From contig ML002304.1 in the NCBI GenBank assembly GCA_003614675.1, forward strand, positions 1-45,322: a stretch of DNA of 45,322 nucleotides. The letters run 5' to 3'. The notes beneath the pieces are model-generated. The model was given only the letters and a program-made list of their open reading frames with translations. It was not told the DNA's origin and made no database searches. This document shows, piece by piece, positions 36,233 through 45,322 of the stretch (position 1 is the first letter of the stretch; every line of letters starts with the position of its first letter). Made by a program: the position numbers and the translations under genes. Source of the DNA: Dimargaris cristalligena (taxonomy: Eukaryota).

Positions 36233-37285
36233 AGCGGGTGTGTGTGTATTTAAGAGTGATTCCAATAAATTTCCTCTTGTATTCCCCCCCTAGCCGTACA
36301 TGACCTCCACATCTTCCCCCATACACCAACCTACCTACCTATGCGCCTTCATAGCCTACCACACTAGTGTTTCGCCGTTTTGGCCTTCCCCTCCCCCCCA
36401 CTCTCGCCGATTGTTTGGTAACAGCGGTCGGTGTTTTCTATCCGTCACAACCCCCCCACACCCCGACTTTCATTAGTCACATCACCTTTGTGAAATATAT
36501 GCTCGTGGAATAAATCGTTATCTATATCACCGAATGTGCTGGGATGCGATTCACCCATACTTTGTTTCTCTCTTCCACCGCAATAAAATATTGTACTACC
36601 TAGTTGTGATGGACAGAAAAGCCCTTGTGATTAATTGTGTTAAAATTTGTTATAAGTACTCGGTGAATTAAGTTGGGAGTCGATTTGTTATTCGGTCATT
36701 TACGTTCTTCAGGAATATCATTCTGATACTAGCAGACGATCATTATAATTTAAATTCAGTAGGAGAGAGAGCTGTCAGTAGTGAACCTTTGAATATTTCA
36801 CATATTTGACTAGTACTCGCTCTGGCCCTTCGGGCCAAATAACAGGAAGTATTGAGTTAAATCGACGTAGGTATCGAATTTGAATTCTTAAGTGCATCTC
36901 AGAATGCTCGAGGTGCATTGTCATGGAAAATGAAAGTCCTAACTTTGTCAAGTTTACCCAATATGTCCAACAAACTGTAGAAGTAATTAAATAACCCGCC
37001 TCTAAACGCTATGCTATACCCCTCCTTAAACCAATAGAGTTTCCTCCTAGTTGTCCCAACCACTCATACCACTTGCTTCTCCTACCGCCAGTCGACGCGT
37101 TTTATTGATTATTGGTCCTCCGGGTTTTGGCGATTTCTCCTTTGGCCTCTCCACTATGCATTGGGAGTTGTGAGCTAGAGTCCCCCCCCCACCTTTCGAT
37201 CCAAGCGTACTTCCACTCCCGTACAGTTCGTGAACGCATATACCCATCCGCCGTATAACCCCCATTACCCCAGCCCCACCCCACC

Positions 37286-38706
37286 ATGCTAGGCTTGCGA
37301 ATCACCACCGCCGGCTTCTGCGCCTCTTCCTCCCCTGGCCGCCACCGGGTCCTTGCGGTGACGACGACTGGCCTCCGCCGGCATTCCACTCGCCCGGCCG
37401 TGCATCGGCCCGTCAGTGTAGCCCCCATGGTAGACGTTACCGACCGCCATTTCAACCACATGTGCAGCCTCATTTCCAACCGACCTACCCTGTACACCGA
37501 AATGCTCCACGCCCGGGCGGTGCTGGGTAAACGCGAGCAGCTCTACCAACTCATGGGTCCCCCAGTACCCGATCAGCTCGTGGTGCAATTAGGTGGCAAC
37601 GAACCCGAATTCATGGCCCGGGCCGCGGAAATTCTGGAAAACTATGGCGTACGAGCGTTGAATTTGAATTTAGGCTGTCCCAGCGAAAAAGTTCAAGTAA
37701 GTCTCGACCCCCACCCCTTTTTCATCGCCCTTCTTCAAATAATAGCAGGCCTGTATTTTGGTCTATACTCGCTTATGATCCTAGTATTGATTTTTGGGGA
37801 ATACTCTCCCCCCCCTCGCCTTCCATTATATATATATATATATATATGTTGATTGGGTATACACTAATCGATCAGATATATTCATACCCATGTTAGCACT
37901 GTAAATACGGGGCTGTGCTGATGAAAGACCCCGACTTGGTAGTGTCCATTTGTCGGGCCATTAGTGCCGTTTCTAGCCTTCCGCTTAGTATTAAATGCCG
38001 CATCGGTGTTGATGACTTAGACAGTCAGGATTTTTTGGACGATTTTATCCACCAACTCACCAGCCGAACCGCCGTCCGCCATGTGATTATTCACGCCCGC
38101 AAAGCGCTTCTCCAAAATATCAAAGCCAAAAAGAACCTCACCGTACCCCCCTTGAATTACGACCGGGCATATCGGCTCAAGGCGCGGTTCCCCGACCTGA
38201 CGGTGGATATCAATGGTGGCATTGCGGATTTAGCGACAGTCCGAACCCATTTAAAAGTCATGGACGGTGTCATGCTGGGTCGTAAAATCATGAAGGATCC
38301 CCTCTTTTTGCATGACTTGGCCTGCGATTTAGAGGGTACCGTGGCCGACCGGACGCGGCTTAGGGACCGGATTTTGCCCGTTTATTTGGCGTATGTCGAC
38401 CGGGAACAGATTGAGCATCGGGCCCGGTCCCTAAGTTTGCTGAGCCGTCCAGTCCATCATCTCTACGGTGATCGACTGGGTCGTATTTTCCGGGGTTTGC
38501 TCGGACGGCGGATAGCCCAGAAATCAGCCCAGTCGATGGCCTGTTCCCAATTAATTAGGGAGTGCCTGGAAGAGGCTTCCCTGCAGACCCAAACTCCGCT
38601 CATTGGCGCCCCAACAACAACATGGGCGGGTCCCGACCCTCTCGATGGCATAGCCGAGGCAGGACTGGAGCCGGTCGAACTCCTGGCTACTTCGGCATCC
38701 GCTTAG
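37286..38706 (+). CDS. dusA: tRNA-dihydrouridine synthase, bacterial DusA-like, about 406 aa; exons 37286-37696 and 37897-38706
   Basis: SVAPMVDVTDRH, LYTEM, QLGG, NLNLGCPS, KCRIGVDD, IIHARKA, PPLNY, INGGI and DGVMLGR. Arg-rich N-terminal extension. Confidence 0.88.
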
Positions 38707-39121
38707 GTATTTCTTTTTTGTTATAGTTGATAACTTCGCCCTGTCTAATATCATCCGTATATACTCTCTTAGATTACACCGGGTATCACTGTTAAGCGTA
38801 GGGACGTTTTTAATACATGGTTTTAATAGATATTCAAAAAATCATTCACCAAGACCTGGGCAGTATTGTATAATAAAAATACCGTTGTCAGCAGGTAAAA
38901 AAGTGTATTGCGTATCTACCTATGACTCATTACTAAAATAAAAATAAAAACAGCAGGGACGACCGGAAGTGGGTATCGGTCCCGATGAAGAAGCCAGTAA
39001 CCTCTTTTGGTTAAAGTAATCCCGGGAATGACATATTTGTTAACGTCATGGGGCAATGGATAGCGAAGAACGATGAAGAGGTGCCCGATATGTAGATTGT
39101 GATGGTCATCATCTTTACAAT

Positions 39122-40951
39122 TTAGGAAGACTCCCGTGCTTGAAAACGCCGTGCAGCGGCAAAGCCCGCCGCATAGTTGTAGAGGCGTGAATCGACCACA
39201 AGTTTCGGTGTGTAGTGCTGCGACAGGGCTGGGTTGCGGTATGGGTAAATATTGACAAATACTTTAATTAATCCCAAAGTTCAATGGCAGCTGGGGGGAA
39301 TATAGCCCGGATTGGGATAGTAGCAGGAGAAAAAAGGTCGAATTGTTTCAATGTTGATCAATTCACAGGAATGTGTTTATAGTTGTATAGAGAGGCATAG
39401 CTAGAAGAAAAAGTCATATTCACCTACCAAGTAGCGATTCCAAAAGGTTGTCCAATGGAAGTGTGATAGTTTGTAAGCTCCATTCGTCGTCTTCCAACTG
39501 GGTCTGTGGTTTCAAGTTGACAGGAAGCGTTCCGTCCACCTAGTATTATAGTATGTTGGTGAATTAATAAGCAACAACAAAAGCCGCAAAATACGGCTAG
39601 TATCGGTTCCCAGGTGAGAAGAGTGTTTCAAGCCGCCAAATCGCTTGTATTTGCCAGATGATCTATTTACGGCCGCAGCTATACTATGTAGAGATCCCAT
39701 GGTCTTACCTCTACTTCCACGATACAACACCGAGAGCTGGACATTCCCGGCTCACAGGTCATGGCCGGGCTTATGGATACCACTTGACCGACATAGCCCG
39801 TCTCCTCTTTTAGTTCGCGGAGTGCGGCCTGTTCAATAGATTCATTGCAATCAATCAAGCCTGGTTTGTAATTAAGTATGAGGCATTCGGCCCAAGACGA
39901 TGATTAAGCGCCGCATCGTAAATTGGTCATCGAATCAGATATATCATTGATTAGAATGGTGAGTTAGTGTTATCCATACCCCTTTGTTCACAAAGGGAGA
40001 CGAGTCAGTTTGGGCATGCGGAAAACATTCCAGCAAACACTTCCATTTACCTGCCCGCATTCGGGCGACCCATATAAGTCCCAGGGGGGAAGATTGTCTT
40101 GGGTGGCGGGAAGATTCAATGAAGTCATTAATTCGTAAGAGCAGGGGGGGGGAAGTGGACTTACCCGAAGGCCACTCGATAGTGTACTGGCCAGTGGCCG
40201 GCCGGAACTGGACCACCAATACAATGCGCGGTGGTTCCTGGGGTTTCCGGATAATCGCAATCATATCGGCCGCTATAGTTGACGGACGGCCCCATAGCGT
40301 AGACGGGTGCATGGAATAAAGAAGCCATACATATTAGTTTTACTAGATAGGCAAACCATGAAGGAGAGGGGATTGGTGCCTCCAATCAGGACGGCTAAAC
40401 CAAGGGGTCGTCATTATCTAGCGGTGCGGCAGGGCCATGCGTCTCTCTCCTCCTCCTCCCTTACCTTCAATGGGCTCCGTGGCCAGGGCAGTCCCGTCGA
40501 CTACTTTTTTGTTGTGACAGCGGTAGCAAATTTCATACTTTTGGGTGCGAAACCCGGTTCCGGTGAGCGACGGCGCTAAACTAGCCGAGGACTCGGGTTT
40601 AGTCCCCGAAGCACCGTTGGTAGTCGGTGGTGGATACGAGTCCAAAGCAACTAGGTGGCCCCGGCATGAAGTGGTCGCCGGGGAAGCCCGGTTAATAGCA
40701 ATGGAAGGAGTAGGAGGGGTGGGTGTTGGAAGGGTGACGGGATGTGTGTAGCTGATTTCAATTAAATCGAGCCATCGGCCACCCCCGAAATGCTGGCTGA
40801 ATTGCAGGCCCACGTCCGGCAAGTGGAGGGGCGGTATTTGGACGCCGGGGCGTAGCTCTAGGGGTGCAGGGGCGGGTAAGCCGGAGGGGGGCGGCACCAG
40901 GGCCGAAACAGTCTCGGCCTTTGTTGAACTGCATTGGTCGGGGTTTCCCAT
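39122..40951 (-). CDS. YSA1: ADP-ribose/ADP-sugar pyrophosphatase (NUDT5/Ysa1-type Nudix), about 321 aa; exons 40951-40465, 40272-40165, 39860-39709, 39539-39428, 39228-39122
   Basis: IVLVVQFRPATGQYTIEWPSG, Nudix box GLIDCNESIEQAALRELKEETGY and C-terminal VDSRLY. All five exons splice in frame. The ORF track shows only parts of it. Confidence 0.9.
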
Positions 40952-42867
40952 GACTACTAGTTACTAAACAGACTGGGTGAAATTCAAACGCGGGCAATGC
41001 GGCGGACTAAATGGCCGTATTAAAACAGAGGAATAAAGAAATAAAGCTCGCAAAGGCAGTGAGGGAGAAGGGTACAGTAATAGCAAGATAAAACCGATGG
41101 GTGTTTAGGCGGGCAAAGAAGCAGAGAGGCTGGCGCTGTTTGCTATGTGGAATATAGGATAGATTTAAGGGATAATACACACATTACTAGCATATATAGA
41201 AAAAAACCAGACCAGTTGTAAGGTGCCTGGGTTATATATATATATATATGCGCATGTTCCTACGGACCCGGAGAGTTCGTGCCCTCCTTTCCCTTACCGC
41301 AGATGGCTGTGGGTTCCCAGTCTGGATATGGATACGTCTAGTAGAGGCTGAATTCCTGGCCAGCCCGAGTCCGTTGGTATTGTTATGTTCACTGCGGTCG
41401 CGGAGAACCGGGTGATTTCCCCATAGTGCTTTTCATTTCAGCCTTTCTCCATCCCATTTATGTACAATGTCGATTGTTATCCATATTAGTATTGGGTGAC
41501 TCGACTACTGCACCCGATGAGAGGGAAGGGAGGGGGGATCTACCACCCCGTGTAAGGTAAATAGATAGAATAGCAGGGATGCTACTCGATGTTGGCGCGA
41601 TGTGATTGCGCAGGGCCGTCACAAACTGGGAGGGTGGGGTAAAGTCACGTGGGACTGCATCTAAACCCCAGTTGCTGGGATGAAACACAACTAAAATTGT
41701 CCTGCCATTAGACCAGTAGTAGTCGTTTAGCCAAAGGAAAGGTAGTGCCGGTTGTTTTTCTGTTAATAGTGTGAGTGAAGAGAGTCCGTTGGAAAAATTA
41801 GGGACAGCCCCCTCCGAGTTCAATTGGGGGGCTCATTACAAATGCGGCCTTTTTGTCACCTATTTGCCTTTTATAGTCAGATATTTCCCCCCAAGAGTAG
41901 CCGCATGTGGCTATTAACAAAAAAACCTTCCGATGCATGATGCAGCGCGACCTATTCAACTTGCACCGCCGCTGTTCGGTCGAAAACTTATAGCTCCACT
42001 CATTTAAATTATCATCAGGAAATTTAGCAATGGTTGGCACTAAAGCTTAGTACCATTAGTTTAAGCATAGACCAAGCGAGAAAACTTGATTTCCACGGAT
42101 GGATCGCTCATTAACTTAATGACACATCTTTTCGACTGTACTCCGTGATTACTCATTATTCGTTATGGGCGGTTATTGGTTTAAATGCCCTTCTATACCA
42201 ACACCATCTTCAGCCGACTTGGTCTGATTGAATATCAAAAAATTTCGTTACCATTAACTCAAATACATGTATTTCTCTCTGTTATCGACGGGATTTTAAA
42301 TATATATATTATTAACCCTGCTCCCAAGAGGGTCTACTTAGAAATCAGCCTTTAGGATCACTGTCATGGGGGCATTTCATATCCCCCCATAAATTGCTCC
42401 TCGCTACTATAGATTTTTTTGATTCATTTTTCCAGTCTTCAGTCTGCTTTCACTGAGTGGAATGCCACTAATAGCTCAACGGCGATCGTATTGTTTTCAG
42501 CTACTTCCATAGCCTCCCACCATTGGCTAGGAACTCACTTCAAGCCCACTGTTAATTAGTACCCACTGTCCATGGTACATTTTATTGTATTGCTTTAATA
42601 AGATCTTCAAGTGCACTGGGAGTAAATGTATTTTACCGAGGCATACTCAGTTCACATTATCAGTTGGCCGGTATCTTCCGACTCCTTCCAGTATATCAGA
42701 TTCGATGGTAGACCTGATATACGACGACCTCAAGCAAACAAAAACACAGCATAGACATGTCCCTTGCCTTAAACGATCACTTCATTTAATCAAGCCGAGC
42801 TCTGTTTATAGGTTGTAGGCCTCCGCATTCATTTTTACTGGTGAATGCTAAACGAACAGTCTCAAAA

Positions 42868-45322
42868 TCATACCCCATCACTTTCAATAAGGTCAACAAT
42901 GGCCCTAGTGACCGGGTGGTTGGCAATATCCAGCTGGGGATCCTGAATCTTCGCCTGAAGGAGACGGTCCATCAGTTTACGCAGGTAGTTCACCAGAACC
43001 CCGATCCGAGGCCAGGCCCGCAATTGAATCCAAGGGCCCACCCGGACAATTTTACGGGCGTGGTCGACTTCAATGGCACCACCGAAGAATAGCAGGGCAT
43101 AAATACCCACCACGGTAGCGTCCCGGAGGAAGATCTTGGTGGTCACGGATTTGCTGAAATAGACCACGAACTGGGACGGGATCCGATTGCAGTGGAAGAG
43201 TACCGACGATGGATGAAGGAAAACGCGATCTGGAGGGGAGGGAGTACGTATCAGAAATATATAAATATAGGTATATATATAAAAGGAGGTGGTGAGCAAG
43301 TCGATACTCCAGCAATAGGCACCACTAATATAGATACACGGCCACTAACGCTAAATCAGAAATCAACCTTGCCATAGGAATAGACTTACCTCCGTCACCC
43401 GTATAGTACCGCAACTGCTTAGCCTCGGCCTCGCGTTGAACGGTACCCGATACGCTCTGTTCGTATTTTTTGTCAGGTAGGCGGACGTGGACCACATTAG
43501 GATACAGACCAGCCAATATTACCGCCTGGACCAGCGTTTCCTTATCGGCCTGTCCATTGAGTCCCGGATCGTCCGCGATCCGGGTCACACCGGCGGGCAC
43601 GAATCCGATAGTTTTTAGTCCGTCTAACAGGGACCGTTTGAACTGACGGATTTCCAGTAAAACCGGGTAGGACAGATAATTCTCCCGGGCGTACTGCCGG
43701 GCGGAGCCACCGGACTTGCGACCCTCTTTGGACTGCAGCTGTTCCCACTGCTGAACGAAATGGGCGTCAGCGAGCAAATCGCTGGGGGTGGTCGATCCCG
43801 CCACCACTTGCCGGCGCAAGTTGATCACGTCGTCACGCTTATCCATCGGTATCCCTCGGAACGGCGACCCCAAAGCCAGGAGGGCCGCGACCGTCAGACC
43901 GGGTTCGGTACAGCGGAAGAGGGTCGCGAAGATGAGCATTTTGGCCAAGCGAATATCGACGGGGAGGGCCGAAACGTGTTGACCTAGGGTGGTTAACACT
44001 CCCGTCACCGAATCCAGGAGCGACATTTCGGTCAACAGCGCCAAGGCCCGGTCGATGGCGCCCATCGGAGGTGGATTCAGAGCTTTTTGCAGGAAGGCGC
44101 CCACGTCCGGCCGGCCTAGAGCCTTGATTTGCAGACTCAGCTGCTCCAGGGAAGTCCGCAGTAGTTCGGGTTGCTGGTGGGCCGCCATGGTGTGCTCCTG
44201 GCTGTGGTGCGTAAATAGTTTGAAGCAAATACCGGGCTGGACCCGACCCGCCCGCCCCTGGCGCTGTTGACAAGCCGCCCGGGCGGCCCAGGTTTCGACC
44301 AGGCGGGTGAGCCCCGTCTCACTATCGTACTGCGTTTCCTTTAGCCGACCGGAGTCGATAACGTAGACGATGTCATCGATGGTAATACTGGTTTCGGCAA
44401 CATTGGTGGCCACCACCACCTTACGGCGACCGGCCGTCGGGGCCCGGAAGACGCGGCCTTGTTCGGCGGAGGAAAGGTTGGCATGTAGCGGAAAAATATC
44501 CCAGGCCGATCCTTTTGGGTTCTCGCGCTCTAATGCGTCGATACAGGTGCTGATCTCACGAACTCCGGATAAGAAAATAAGGATGGCCTCTTGGCGGTTC
44601 TGGGAATACTGGTCAATAAAGAGGACCAGCTGGGCGATCCAGCCGTAGTCCACTTGGCCCCGGCCATTGTCACCATCTAGCTGGCATAAAGCCAACGCCG
44701 CCGATTGGGGTAATCCGGTTTTAGTGTAGGGCCGGATCCTCTCTTGGTCTTTCTCGGACAGCTGTCGGTCCCGGGATCCCTTGTAGGCCGAAGGGAACGG
44801 CGGGGACCCGCCCGTTGCCTTCTGTAAAGCCCCACCTTTCCATTTAGTCGCCAACGTATCGGCCCGGAAAAGATCTTCGGGGTATACCTGGGTAACCGGG
44901 TAGGTAAAGCCCGGAATGGCCAACGCCACCGGAGTCCCGAAGTAGAGTTTGAACTGGTCACTATCAAGCGTAGCACTCATCAGGATGACACGCAGGTCAG
45001 GGCGCTGGGGGATTAGTTCCCGGAGAATAATAAGCAAGAAATCACTATCTACCGATCGCTCGTGAACCTCGTCCACGATGATACAGCTCACCGAGGCCAG
45101 GGTAGGGTCACTAAGTAGCATGCGCAACAACACCCCGGTAGTGCAGAACTGAAGGCAGGTGTCCGGACCAATGGTGGATTGACCCCGCACGGCAAAACCC
45201 ACGGCTTGTCCGAGGGCTTCACAGCGTTCGTCCGCCACTCGCTGCGCCACACCAACTGCACTGATCCGTCGCGGTTGCGTACAAATAATCTTGCCCGATA
45301 ACCGCAGGGACTGCGGACCCGA
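42868..45322 (-). CDS. DEAH/RHA RNA helicase (DHX57/DHX36-like), 5' part outside the window; exons >45322-43390 and 43229-42868
   Basis: CTQPRRISA, DEVH, SAT, ATNVAETSITI, QRQGRAGRV, an HA2 region and the OB-fold motif VFLHPSS. Confidence 0.93.

Noticed and set aside
41458-42040. Two adjacent minus-strand ORFs between the Nudix and helicase genes
   Set aside because: Non-ATG starts, no homology cues and no splice logic joining them.
1-45322. CRISPR arrays, tRNA or rRNA genes
   Set aside because: No regularly spaced repeat-spacer array, cloverleaf or rRNA signature was seen.

Overview
Eukaryotic, intron-containing fungal DNA. Gene style suggests an early-diverging lineage, possibly Zoopagomycota such as Dimargaris; that taxonomy is inference only. 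The right half (about 21-45 kb) is gene-dense: a signal-peptide F-box protein, an orphan ORF, ASF1, a peroxisomal SDR, GON7-like, TIM17, RPL23, a bacterial-type DusA, a NUDT5/Ysa1-type Nudix hydrolase and a DEAH helicase cut by the window edge. The left half (1-20.3 kb) is a CpG-depleted field of decayed repeats around a single-exon VPS39. It holds seven copies of a 136-bp MITE with GGG...CCC termini and a 4-bp ATAT target duplication. An empty target site at 17181-17184 has its two halves joined to the same end of two different MITE copies. Decayed fragments of host genes (eIF4E class II, SMC5) and an ascomycete-style 'MC..Y.CG[H]' ORF lie next to MITE copies. Exon boundaries were derived by hand. 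Homology calls come from recalled family motifs, not from database searches.
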